From assembly GCF_004010195.1 (NCBI RefSeq), contig NC_057720.1:23484560-23510631 (forward strand): a stretch of 26,072 nt of DNA, in the 5' to 3' direction. The notes beneath the pieces were generated by a model. It was not told the DNA's origin. It saw nothing but the letters and a program-made list of their open reading frames with translations, and searched no databases. This document shows positions 1 to 10,879 of the stretch, in pieces; positions within the stretch are counted from its first letter, which is position 1; every line of letters begins with the position of its first letter. Made by a program: the position numbers and the translations under genes. The DNA is from Chiloscyllium plagiosum. Lineage: Eukaryota.

Positions 1-450
1 TAATTCTCCACTTCCTATCACTCAGCTAATTTTTCACCCACTTTGCAACTGTCCCTTTCATTCCATAACCTACCATTTTCCTCACAGGTCTGTTACCTTG
101 TGCTATTTTGAATACTTTTTGGAAGTCCATGCAAACTCTGCATCAAATCCTTTCCATCAACAACCCTCATTAGAAAATTCCAGTATGTTAGTTTGACATG
201 TTTTCTCTTAAGAAGTCCAGGCTGACTTCTGCATCGATCCAATTTTACCATGTGACTCTATCATGGGTAATTGTTTCTCGAAGCTTCCCCCCACCACTGC
301 AATCAAACTGATTGGTATGTAATTGTTGAGCTGATCTTTACATACTTTTTTTGAATAATGGCATAATTTTTGTAATTCTCCAATTTTCCAGCAACACTGC
401 TGAATCTGGGTAACATTGAAAGATAATTTCCAGCTTTTCAGTGCTTCAAA
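1..450 (-). mobile_element. Decayed CR1-type LINE ORF2 fragment (RT N-terminal region)
   Basis: The minus strand gives broken CR1 motifs: NWRITKIMPLFKK, NYIPISLIAVVG, SQPGLLK and MDFQKVF, with many frameshifts. Confidence 0.75.
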
Positions 451-603
451 GTTAAGTATTGACAGCGTGCCATAACTTTGAATTGTATCATCATCCCTTC
501 ACTGTGTCGACATTAGAAATCTGAGAACTTCTTGTCCAAATGTCACTGTGGGTGTACTGACCCAACCCACCTTCTGACTTTCCTGTGGAGTGCAGTGTTA
601 TAG

Positions 604-697
604 GAAGGCAGCTCTCCATCAGCTTTTCAAGGGCAATTAGGCACAGGCAGTAAGTAATGGCCTGGCAATCATCCACATACCGTGAACAAATGAAAAA
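604..697 (+). mobile_element. 3' tail of an old LINE/SINE family (same tail as 9672-10027, 13152-13344 and 16116-17108)
   Basis: TCAAGGGCAATTAGG...ATGGCCTGGC...CCACATACC-A-rich end resembles the other copies in this window. Confidence 0.55.
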
Positions 698-769
698 CGC
701 AATTGTCAACATCCAGGTTATAGAAGGAAGGTAGTTTACTTTGTCGAAATATGGCATATTTGCCTTTCC

Positions 770-892
770 GGGATAACCTGAGTACTACAGGCAAGTGTCA
801 GTCTAGATTATCTGTTAAAATGCCCATGTAAGGATTGAACATGCAACGTTCTCGTCTCCTGAGAGGGCACGAGCACCAAACAAGCAGACTAA
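770..892 (-). mobile_element. Degenerate tRNA-derived SINE head (possibly Deu-domain SINE)
   Basis: Minus strand reads ...GTTCAATCC (B-box-like)...ATAATCTAGACTGACACT...GTAGTACTCAGG. Recognised by eye only. Confidence 0.35.
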
Positions 893-1614
893 GCAAATCT
901 TGGACAGATTTCTCACTCAAGGAATTAAATTTATTTTTTCACTTGAACTATCATCAAATGCATCAAAAAAGCAATTGGATAAAGTAATGTCATATTGTTG
1001 GATTGATTGGTTGACGTGGAATGTAAACTGCAGTGGTTGAATGAATATTTGTATTTGAAAAGCAGTGAATATCTTCAGTGCATTACATATCTTCATCCAC
1101 ATGGCAAACCAGCTTCTAGGCTTCATGCATCAGCCAAGGATTTAATATGCTACAGTACGTTACCATTCCCTCAGGGTATATACATCTTAATGGATCAAGT
1201 GACAGAAAACACTCTCTCTTGGCAATGCATTAATGCTGTTTAGTTTCTGAAGGTGGACTGCATGCATTACAGATAAATTCCTACTCCTCCTGTTCTTTAG
1301 ATTTAAATCCTGCCCTGTGGTTACTGAGACTGAGAATGTCTCTTAAATATGAACTGTGAGTTTGAGCTGATGGTTAAGAATCTGGATTATAGAATAAACG
1401 TATTCCTTGGCCTTGTTAGCTACTGAAGCATTGCATTGATCTTAAGATCACATCTTTGTTCAGTCACTTAAGATGCAATCCGTTCAACAGCTGCCAGATC
1501 CATCATTTCCTAAATAGCAAACACATGCAATACTGAATGCCTTATTAAATACTACTCAGTTCTTGTCGCTTTCTCACAGGGAAGGTCTTAAAATAAACTT
1601 CAGGAAACCAGGGT

Positions 1615-1976
1615 GTGGAAGCAGTCTGGATAGGGCTGAGGAATAATAAAATCAAGAGGTCACCTGTGAGATTTTGTACCAGCCCCTTAATAGTAAACAC
1701 TTATCAGGGCAGGGTATCCAGGAAGAAATAATGGGAGATGGTTGAAAGCATACAGAAATTATTACAAAGGATTTTAACCAACATATCGAGTGGCAAATTC
1801 ACATGGGAAAAAGTAGTCTAAATGAGGAACTCATTCAACATTTAGGGGCAATTTCTTAGACCAGCATGTTAATGCAACCAACCAGAGAGCAGGCTATACT
1901 GAACCTGGTTTTGAACAATCAGGTAGGATTAATTATTGACCTCAAAGTAAAAGTGCCTTTGGTAGCAGTGACCATA
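1615..1976 (+). mobile_element. Decayed CR1 apurinic endonuclease (APE) fragment
   Basis: Broken reading VWIGLRNNK...DFN...FLDQHV...PTREQAILNLVLNN...GSSDH. Confidence 0.75.
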
Positions 1977-2200
1977 CTTTTATCACAACCCTTTATGATT
2001 TTGTGAACACCTCTATCAAATCTCCTCTATTCAAAGGAGAGAACCTCCAGCTTCTTCAGTCCTTCCACACAATTGAAATCCCTCATCCCTGAATCATTAC
2101 AGCAAATCACTTCTGTGCTGTTTTAATATCGTTCCAAAGGTGTAAAACTGAAGACTGTACGTCAGCTGAATCCTAAACAATGTTTTGTAAAGTTTAGCTT
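1977..2200 (-). mobile_element. Decayed CR1 ORF2 C-terminal fragment
   Basis: Minus strand reads ...GMRDFNCVEGLKKLEVLSFE...GDLIEVFTKS, typical of the CR1 ORF2 C-terminus. Confidence 0.65.
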
Positions 2201-2289
2201 TATTTACTTTGGTATTCAATTCTTCAATTTAAAAAAAAATCCATTTTTAATGACTTCTCATTAAATGACTTTGTGATGGTATCTTCAAA

Positions 2290-2518
2290 GAATTGTCCTG
2301 GATGTTGTCAAAGTTATTGAGCATTGCAGGAGTTGCTTTGATCCAGACAAGTGAAGGGTTATTCCATTACACTCCTGACTTGTGCCTTGTAGATGGTGGA
2401 CAAGTTTCAGTGAGTCAGGCGTTGAGTTACAGACTTCAGTATCGCCAACTTCTGACCTGCTCTTGTAGCCACAGCATTTGTATGACTAGTCCAGTTCAGT
2501 TTCTGGTCAATGGTAATG
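2290..2518 (-). mobile_element. Old LINE fragment, inverted homologue of 16120-16330
   Basis: The reverse complement CATTACCATTGACCAGAAACTGAACTGGACTAG matches CATTACCATTGACCAGAATCTTAACTGGATTAC near 16131. Confidence 0.65.
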
Positions 2519-2538
2519 AGTGAAGTACTCAGGTATTA

Positions 2539-2585
2539 CCTTAACAAACAGATCCACATTTGCCTTAACAAACAGATCCACATTT
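2539..2585. repeat. 24-bp tandem duplication
   Basis: CCTTAACAAACAGATCCACATTT(G) occurs twice (2539-2562 and 2563-2585). Confidence 0.95.
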
Positions 2586-2724
2586 TGGTATTTAATCAGC
2601 TCTGTCCTTTCTTTAAATATCCTTTTACTAATTATACGTTTAGAACAGAATTAGATTCCCTTTAATAATTGCCACTGATGTAGTCTATTCTTTCATCTCT
2701 CTTTCTTAAACTTTTTCTCTGCTT

Positions 2725-2935
2725 GTGGACCTTTGGAATTATGGACCCAATAAGAAATCATTGCAATTATTGAGCATATTCAAGACAGAAGTCGATGGAT
2801 TTTTAGGTAACTACAAAACTAAAGGGATATGGAGATACTGCAAGAAGGTGGAATTGATGCAGAAAATCTGCCATGATTTTGTTGAATGGCAAAGCAGACT
2901 CAAAGGGCCAAACTGCTTATTATACCTCCTACTCT
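2725..2935 (+). mobile_element. CR1 LINE 3' end (ORF2 terminus plus 3' UTR)
   Basis: LWN...SIFKTEVDGFL...KG is followed by a CR1-type tail GAATGGCAAAGCAGACTCAAAGGGCCAAAC...CCTCCT. Confidence 0.75.
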
Positions 2936-3046
2936 GTCTAACAGATTATCAGTTCACAAAGTGGCTATTTCACGTCTGATCAAAGCTGCATATATTCATC
3001 CTCAGGACCTGTCCTCTGCAGGGAAAAAGGAATATGTCCAGGAATT

Positions 3047-3267
3047 GTACCTGTTTTGAATTAAACAAAGGCATAGGTGAACAATAGTTTCCTGCTATCT
3101 CCCTGTCAACACCTCCACCAGTCAGAGTCAACTAACTAAACAATCAGAATCTTTATCTCAAGTTGTATAAATTATTGCTCTCTTTGTAAACTTGGAATTC
3201 TTGCATCTGTCCAGATTACATTAAGATGAAAGGCTTCAATAGCAAGTCTCTCTTTTTTTCCTGCAAT
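3047..3267 (+). mobile_element. Decayed PLE terminal repeat (same family as 11905-12632)
   Basis: ATTCTTGCATCTGTCC...AAGATGAAAGGCTTCAATAGCAAGTCTCTCTTTTT resembles both arms of the element at 11905-12632. Confidence 0.45.
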
Positions 3268-3299
3268 GCCCAATATCTAAAATCCTTACATTTCAATGT

Positions 3300-3715
3300 T
3301 CAACTTGGCTCTCTATTGTATAATAGACCATTTCATTGACATGAGTCTCTGTGTCCATTTTAACTTTCATATCTTTAGTCGTGTAGGATGCTCCAGCTTT
3401 TGATATCCTTCCTTCCCCCCTCATTGGATATGTCTACTCAGTATCTGAATTATTTCACACTTGAAGCCTTCTCATTGATTAGTTATTGTTTTGCTTTCCA
3501 ATGTTCACTTCCAATTCACCCAGGGCACAAATTTTTAATTCATTGACCTTAATCTTTATGAAACTTAAAAAAAAACTTTGTTGTATCAATTGTTCTTTTC
3601 CTTAAGTATTCTAAACTTGATGCAATGATCATCAGTGTCTTACAAATAGTCTCCCTTTGTAATGTACTTCACTTGTCCCACTTCATATCCCAGAATTTGA
3701 CTTAGCAATGCTGGC
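3300..3715 (-). mobile_element. Ancient CR1 endonuclease-to-linker fragment
   Basis: Minus strand reads ALLSQILGYEVGQVKYITKGDYL*DTDDH, similar to the CR1 pattern LDLVLGNExGQV...GEHFGxSDH. The lower boundary is approximate. Confidence 0.55.
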
Positions 3716-3744
3716 TTTAATGAAGCACTGAAAGGAAAGCTCTT

Positions 3745-3828
3745 TCATAGAGTCATAGAGATGTACAGCATGGAAACAGACCCTGTGGTCCAACCTGTCC
3801 ATGCTGACCAGATATCTCAACCCAATCT
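3745..3828 (-). mobile_element. Short HER1/CR1-type 3' tail with (CTATGACT)n end
   Basis: TCATAGAGTCATAGAG repeat followed by TGTACAGCATGGAAACAGACCC...CCAACC, the reverse complement of a CR1/HE1-type tail. Confidence 0.7.
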
Positions 3829-3972
3829 TGTATGTACTTTAAGAGTCCCTCTCTCCTTTACCCTCAGCCACCTGTTACAATGATTTGGTATGGGAGCCAA
3901 TTTTTCAATTACCTACTTCTGGTGGAGTCTTGTGGGTCACTGCACATATTGGGAAATCAAAGCAGAACTAAA

Positions 3973-4253
3973 ATTAAATTCCCTCCAGTGTGAAAACAGA
4001 CCCTATGGCCCAACAAGTCCACACTGACCCTCCAAAGATTAACCCACGCAAACCCATTTCCCTCTGACTAATGCACCTAACGCTATGGGCAATCTAGCAT
4101 GGCCGATTCTCCTGACTGTGGACGAAACCAGTGGAAACCCATGCAGACATGGGGAGAATATGCAAACATCACATAGACAGTCACCCGTGGCTGAAATCAA
4201 ACCCAGGTCCCTGGCATTCTGAAGCAGCAGTGCTAACCACTGAGCCACCATGC
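3973..4253 (-). mobile_element. Older HE1/V-SINE-type SINE with internal deletion
   Basis: Minus strand starts GCATGGTGGCTCAGTGGTTAGCACTGCTGC and is collinear with the copy at 10046-10378. Confidence 0.9.
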
Positions 4254-4523
4254 GTCTATTAGTGATCATTATCTGAAAGATCACAAAGTTCTCAGCTGGT
4301 GAACAGTGTTTTCTTTAAAGTTTAATTGTTATTCAGACCCTTTTTTTCAGCATGTAACCCCTTTAATTAATTTTTGTGTGCCCCGCATACGCTTTATTTA
4401 TCACAGTCTAAGTCTTATGTGATATCTCACAGGTTGCTGCACAGCTTAGCAGGAACATTGCTAATGGTGAAACTTATGAAATTGGCCCTGTGAAAATAGA
4501 AAAACAGAACAATCGAGTATTTT

Positions 4524-4630
4524 CCAGAGACAAAAATAGAAGTTTCAAGTAAAGCTCAGCAGGTCTGGCAGCATATGTGGACAGAAATCAGAGATAATAT
4601 TTTGGGTCGAGGGACCCTTCCTCAGAACTC
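4524..4630 (-). mobile_element. PLE terminal-repeat fragment with decayed hammerhead motif
   Basis: Minus strand reads AGTT-CTGAGGA-A-GGGTC-CCTC-GACCC-AAAA-TATT. Homologous to 15050-15150 and 9200-9280. Confidence 0.7.
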
Positions 4631-5159
4631 CTTCATTAATAATATCCAGTATTGCTTTAGTTATTTTAAGTTCATCACTAATGAAGTGTTATCCAAGTGC
4701 TGTCCATTCATTTTTGGTAACAATTAGCCATGCAACTAACCATGTTCTCAGAAAATAATTTATTCAAGAAACTCAATAAAATCAAAGAGTTTTGTTAACC
4801 CATTGGCAAAAATCTAATTTAAGGATTTAAAGCCAATAGAATGATGAGACTATACACTGGATTTAAGAACATATAGGGTCTCCAGTTCTCATCTGTACTT
4901 CAGCAATGGGAGAGATGGATAATCTCTTACAAATTTATCGAAGTTAACTTAATCACTGACAACACCCAAAAACCCATGGCAACATTTTACTGCAGAAGAT
5001 CACATGTTTCACTCAATGAACTTAATTTTCTAAGCCTTTGCAGCTTCCAGTAATTTCACTCTACTGAAATTCACTTCACTTTATCCACTATTTTTACACC
5101 TTTTCAACTGCATTATTTTGCATGCATTCAATGGCTTTTATCACCAGACCATTTGGGAT

Positions 5160-5378
5160 CCTAGAGGCTAGAAGTGTTTAAGACTTGCCTGGATAAAAAG
5201 CACTGAGAAATTTGAGGGGAAGATAGATATGTAAGTAAAGGAGAAAGCAAAGGAAGGATATGTCGAAAGAATGAGATGAAGTAAGGTGGGAGGGGGTTCA
5301 TGGAAGGCAATAAGCACCACTGTAGACCTTTTGAGCTGATCAATGTAGTTTTCTGCTACCTCTTATGTAATTTTATCT
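5160..5378 (+). mobile_element. Decayed CR1 3' end
   Basis: GTGTTTAAGACTTGCCTGGATAAA is followed by a CR1-like tail GACCTTTTGAGCTGA...TTTTCTG...TGTAA. Confidence 0.5.
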
Positions 5379-5532
5379 GCTCTATTATGGTTATACAATA
5401 GATTATTCTCGAAACATGCATAAACTGTAGGAAAATTTCAAAATAGTGTAAACAATATTTGGTACAGATTCAGGCTTACTGGGAATACTTAACTTTCGAT
5501 AAATTTCTACAAGGCTTTTAGCTTCAGAGCTT

Positions 5533-5573
5533 TTACAAAATGGATCCCTCACTTACAAAATGGATCCCTCACT
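5533..5573. repeat. 20-bp tandem duplication
   Basis: TTACAAAATGGATCCCTCAC occurs twice, followed by a partial third unit. Confidence 0.95.
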
Positions 5574-6692
5574 GAGAAAATGGATTATTTGCCTTCTCCT
5601 AATCCATCAATTCATTGAACAAAATAAAACAGGAATTAAATTTTGTCTCCTAAACCTTTACCAGAGATGGCTGCTAATAAAATATAACTCAGTCAGGGAT
5701 TATTCTGCATTTTGATCATTAGAATTATTTTGAGTAGACAACATTCTATTATTAAATAGCTTCGAAATTAATAATATTTATTACAATGAATTTGTGCAGC
5801 TGAAACAGAAAAAAAAACTTTTCAGAAGTTGGTGTTTATCACATGCAAAATAGATAGCATTAATTGGCAGCTTTTACTCTAGACAGGGAAAATGAAAGCA
5901 GGCATTAGCCAGATTTATGTCTTCAGTTCAGAGATGACAAGATGGACCACTTCCCATCATGGTCCCAACTTCTCAAAGTCAGCCCTGTCGTATGGTACTT
6001 TGGACTTTGTGTATTTAGTAAAGTGTGGAATTGGGTTTGCTGAGATTGAGGCCAGCCGGTTAAAAGATTGCCACTGCATATGGGAACATTGGCCCAGTTC
6101 AATTCATCGTTGTAAGCCCCTCAATACATCTCTCACATCTTACCCTCTTCACCCTCACCCAGCCCACTTCATATCTCTCCAGCACTGTCATATCTTCCAT
6201 GCCCCCTCCATATCCCCATGATTCCTCCATGCAGCCTTCATACCTACTCATCCAGTATCCATTGGATACAGAACTCAGAGCCATATAGTTATATCTAGAA
6301 ACTGGGCCAATCGAAGCAGGTTGAACAAAGTGTTCATTATTTTATGTTAATTTGTCACATGACCTCACTATGAATCCTTGACTGAGGTTCAAGAATGTCT
6401 ATGGTGCTCAACCTGGGAAGGGTCAGTCTAAACAGTTCCAAATGGATATCTTTATATGATTAACAGTTTCATTGCCTTGTAATATCTATAGATTTGTTTG
6501 AAGTGGTTTTTCAAAGCAAAATTATTTGGTCAAAATTAAAGGTTTGTTCGTTGGGAATTTCATTGCTTTGATTGATAGTTTGATGAAAAGTCAAGTAGGG
6601 GAATTCTTTTCCAAACTGAATGTTGAGTGCCCGATTGTTTTTTAAGAATTTATTTTATGAATAGTTCAAAAAAATTGAGTGTTATTACTTAG

Positions 6693-6817
6693 GTGAAAGT
6701 GAGACCTGCTGATGCTGGAGATTAGAGTCAAGATTAGAGTGTGACTGGAAAAGTACAGCAGGTCAGGCAGCATCCAAGGAGCAGGAAAATCAATGTTTTG
6801 GGCAGGAGCCCTTCATC
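6693..6817 (-). mobile_element. 125-bp PLE terminal-repeat insertion with 15-bp TSD
   Basis: AGTGTTATTACTTAG occurs at 6678-6692 and 6818-6832. The minus strand begins CTGATGA-A-GGGC-TCCT-GCCC-AAAA-CATT (decayed hammerhead). Confidence 0.9.
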
Positions 6818-6967
6818 AGTGTTATTACTTAGCTCATTGGTTTATGTATGTAATAGATACTGGAAGACTTATTTAAAGATACAGCTGATATCAAGACATT
6901 TAATCAATTTCTGGATTAGTGGTGCTGGAAGAGCACAGCAGTTCAGGCAGCATCCAAGGAGCTTCGA

Positions 6968-7003
6968 AATCGACGTTTCGGGCAAAAGCCCTTCATCAGG
7001 AAT
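6968..7003 (-). ncRNA. Minimal type I hammerhead ribozyme motif (PLE-type)
   Basis: Minus strand reads ATTC-CTGATGA-A-GGGC-TTTT-GCCC-GAAA-CG-TC/GATT. Core is intact, with a palindromic ACGU stem III and a GUC triplet; stem I is weak. Confidence 0.7.
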
Positions 7004-7056
7004 AAAGGCAGTGAGCCTGAAGCGTGGAGAGACAAGCTAGAGGAGGGTGAGGGTGG

Positions 7057-7689
7057 AATCTCTTAGCGTAGAACAGTCCAGCCATCCCAGGAACAAGTCG
7101 AGTGAACCTGCCTTGCATGCCGTCTACCAATTATATTCCTCCTAATATAAGTAGACTAAAACCGCACACAATATTTCAGATGCAGTGTAGCCAAGGTGCT
7201 ATAAGCCTTTGCTACCTCCGAACTCAAAGTCTTTTGCAATAAAGGCTGACATACCATTAGCCTATCTAATAGTTTGTTGCACCTTTACATTAGTCTTCAG
7301 AAACTTATCTAAGATACTCAGGTCCGATTTGTACATGTACACTTTCCAACTCCTTAACTGTTATGACATACTTCACATACCTGTTTTTCCATTAAGTGTA
7401 AACCTGACTTTTTTTCCACAATATATTCTAGCTACCATGTTCTTGCTCGCTCACTAAATCTGTTGAAATTCTCTTGAAGTCACTTTGTATGTTCATCCTA
7501 GTGCACGTTCCTACCTAGCTATATATCATCCGTGAACTTGGAAACATTATACTTGATCTTCACAACAAAATCATTGATCAATATTGTGAACAGCTGGCCC
7601 AGGTACTGAGTCTTACAGCACCACACTAATCACAACCTACCAAACTGAAAGTGACCCATTTATTTCTACTCTCTACTTTCTGCCTGTTA
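7057..7689 (-). mobile_element. Decayed CR1 RT fragment inside the PLE arms
   Basis: Minus strand gives SVVL*DSVPGP (cf. SGVPQGSVLGP), SKFTDDI (cf. KFADD), ANGMSAFIAK and LHLKYCVRF. Confidence 0.8.
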
Positions 7690-8834
7690 AGGGCTTTTGC
7701 CCGAAACGTCGATTTTGAAGCTCCTTGGATGCTGCCTGAACTGCTGTGCTCTTCCAGCACCACTAATCCAGAATCTGGTTTCCAGCATCTGCAGTCATTG
7801 ATTTTACCACATTTAATCAATGTCAACATCAAGTGATAGGATCTTTGTATGCATTAATATGTGATTCCCCATATTATGGATTGGAGAAAATTATTTTATT
7901 TACTAGAGAAAGGACTCAAATGCATCTGAACCTTCAAACAGTGCTGGTCAATTTAATGGTCTCTCATGATAACTCATCGCATTGCAAAGATAACCACATC
8001 ATCACTACTCATGACATGATGGCAAATGAGGTTGGCAATGACTCTTACTGCCACTTGTCAAATGTTTCTTGACTCCATAGCAGGCTCCCCAAAGTTTATG
8101 AGGTGACTTACCTGGTGTGATTTCCACAGCCACCAAGAACCACTCCTATGTGAAAATAACAATGTCAGGGAATTTGAATTTGGAGCAGGCATTTATAAGA
8201 TGAACTTGACTTCACTTTGAGTATCAAGTCACCACCTGCCATGTTTCTTAGCCAGTTAAAATGGTGGACAACAGGAATTCAAGGGGCCCTACATACCTTC
8301 CAATTTTTCTTTGTGACATAAAGTTTGATGTCAGTTCACTAAATTCGGACTTCAAAGCAAATCATTATAGATTTGCTACATGAACAGCAACAGTTAAAGG
8401 CTGGTGACATAGAAAGACAACATATTACCCAAAGCATTAGAATTAATGAAGCATCTTTTAAAGAGCCTTGATTGATTACATCATTTGCCATTATTTGCAT
8501 CATCTAAAAGAAATCTGTGTCTACAGTTTATCAAGTTTAATGATGTTCATGCATTTGACTAATTCAAGATCACTGATCTAGAATGACAATTTTCAACATT
8601 GCCATCAACTGCTGCTTCCATGGATGGTTGGAATACAAACTTTTATGACAGTGATAATAAATTTTCATGCAATTATTTAGGGGTCAATATCCTAATAGCA
8701 GTCATTTTAAACAATAATCAGTGCTGAGTGCGTTTGCATCCTTAGATGGCAATAAAGCAATATTCATTAAATTGCAACCAAACTTAATCCCACATTAAAA
8801 TAAAACACTAAGCCAGGCCTTAGTATCTACTGCG

Positions 8835-9280
8835 CACCATCCTGTATCCTAGTCAACATCTCTGTCTCAGGCTTGTTGCAATGCACCTCCGAAACACAGT
8901 GCAAGCCATAAGAACAGTACTTCATTTTCCTTCTGGGTGACCTGCAACCTTCCAGGCTCAATATCGAGTTAAACAACTTGAGGTCTTGTTATCACATAGC
9001 CTGCATTTACACATAACCCATGTTAGTCACAAACAGTCCTCAATTATATCTATTCACACCCCTAGCCAGATCATTATCCACTCCATAGTCTGTCCAATTG
9101 TTCTTCTCTCTCTTTGGGCTCTATCTCTACCTATCATTTACACCTTAACCCCTCCCCCCACCTTATCTTCTACCAACATTTTCCTAGCTATCATCATTTA
9201 ATGGAAGGATCACTCAATCCAAAATGTTAACTGTGATTTCTTTCCACACTACTGAGCTTTTCCAGCAATTTCTGTTTCGT
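8835..9280 (+). mobile_element. Neptune-like PLE 3' end: GIY-YIG C-terminus, 3' repeat and decayed hammerhead
   Basis: PSCILVNISVSGLLQCTSETQCKP*EQYFIFLLGDLQPSRLNIELNNLRS, then a pyrimidine-rich UTR and GGAAGGATCACTCAATCCAAAATGTTAACTG. Confidence 0.7.
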
Positions 9281-9671
9281 TAGTGTCTACTACTTTAATA
9301 ACCAAGAATAAAGTATGTGATCTATGGAAATAAATTTGACATGGTGGTAAAGTCTTACCAAAGGAGTCTAAGTATGAACATGAAATTTTACACCTGGTAA
9401 ATGATAAACATTGGCTAAAACAATGCATCAAATCCAAATCCAAATTTCATTCGACATCACTCAACATTACCTAATCTTGAAGTATAAAAGGATACTTAAA
9501 CTGTGACATATATTAAAATCAATTAAACATCAATAATTTCATGAAACTGAAATGGCTAATAAAAATTATTTTTTAACTATTGCATCATCCAGTGGTATGA
9601 AGGCATAGCCGACATCCTGTAATGATTTTACCAACAGTTCATAAAGTCATTACTCATTGTGTGTGCAAAGT

Positions 9672-10027
9672 GGAAGGCGATGTGGAAGGCATTGTTTCTA
9701 AACTAGTAATCAGAGACCTAAAAAATGTTCCAGAGTTTGAACCCCACCATGGCAGATGCTGGAAGATGACTTTTTAAAAAATTGAGAATTAAGAGTCTAA
9801 TGATGACTGTGAAAACATTGTCTATTGCCGTGAAGGCCCATCTGGTTCACTAATGTCCTTTGGGGAAGGAAATCTGTTGCCTTTGCCTGGTCTGGCCTAT
9901 TTGTGACTTCAGATCCACAGCAGTGTGGTTGGCTCTTAAATGTCTTCTGAAAGCTACTCAATTCATGGGCACTAAATGCTGGCCTAGTCCATGATGCCTA
10001 CATTCCATTAATGAATAATAAAAAAAA
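9672..10027 (+). mobile_element. Older tRNA-derived SINE with LINE-shared tail and A-rich end
   Basis: Degenerate B box GTTTGAACCCC; body CCCATCTGGTTCACTAATGTCC; tail TAAATGCTGGCC...ACATTCC...AATGAATAATAAAAAAA. Confidence 0.65.
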
Positions 10028-10045
10028 GCTGCTTAGCTGCATGGT

Positions 10046-10378
10046 GGGCGGCATGGTGGCACAGTGGTTAGCACTGCTGCCTCACAGCGTCAGAGACCCG
10101 GGTTCAATTCCCGCCTCAGGCGACTGACTGTGTGGAGTTTGCACGTTCTCCCCGTGTCTGCGTGGGTTTCCTCCGGGTGCTCCGGTTTCCTCCCACAGTC
10201 CAAAGATGTGCAGGGTCAGGTGAATTGGCCATACTAAATTGCCCGTAGTGTTAGGTAAGGGGTAAATGTAGGGGTATGGGTGGGTTTCGCTTCGGCGGGT
10301 CGGTGTGGACTTGTTGGGCCGAAGGGCCTGTTTCCACACTGTAATCTAATCTAATCTAATCTAAAAAATCTAATCTAA
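10046..10378 (+). mobile_element. Young full-length HE1/V-SINE-type SINE
   Basis: A box TGGCACAGTGG (10057-10067), B box GGTTCAATTCC (10101-10111), V-domain-like core, CR1-like tail and (TAATC)n end. CpGs are retained. Confidence 0.92.
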
Positions 10379-10879
10379 GATGCATTTGATCCTCCAGTTA
10401 CAATCAGTATTTGCCTTCATCCCATTCTGCAGTATCAATGCTGGAGGTTAGAAGCTATCAAACATTATAGCCACATTGTTCATGTAGACTGAAAACATGG
10501 ATATAAATGCTATTACATGTATTACCAATTATTTTAGACAGGTGTTAACCCATCCGCAAAAATAGTGGAGAAGGAAATTTCTGGATATTAATGATTTACA
10601 AGTAACATTATTCCACAGCATAACTTAACATTTAACATGTTTTACTTCACCTTTTCCATTCCAAGAGAATTCCTTATAAAATTGTGACATTAGCTAAGTT
10701 ATTTTAAAGAATGTGTATACTTGCATCATTAATGCTCCTGCTTTGCTTTCTAATGAACTTTCACCAGCAAAAATGGGAGGGTTTGCTTTTGCTGAGAGTT
10801 GATAATAATAAAAATCTGTATTAAGAACCCAAACCAACTGAAACACGGCCATTTTAAAAAATTAAATTGTTCATCAAAG

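Larger units (their letters stand above)
6909..7808 (+). mobile_element. Composite PLE insertion: inverted terminal-repeat arms enclosing a CR1 fragment, 13-bp TSD
   Basis: ACATTTAATCAAT occurs at 6896-6908 and 7809-7821. 6909-6992 is the reverse complement of 7690-7773 with 1 mismatch. 7774-7808 is an unpaired tail. Confidence 0.8.

Noticed and set aside
2539..5573. Short direct repeats (24 bp and 20 bp) as CRISPR-like arrays
   Set aside because: Each is a simple two-unit tandem duplication without spacers in vertebrate DNA.
5892..6284. ORFs of 109 aa and 61 aa
   Set aside because: Low-complexity C/T-rich sequence with no domain or splice support.
10046..10115. Possible tRNA gene
   Set aside because: The A/B boxes continue into a SINE body and LINE-like tail; this is a SINE head.
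10082..10339. 85-aa antisense ORF MWKQALRPNKST..., with the same start at 25544
   Set aside because: Antisense translation of the SINE.
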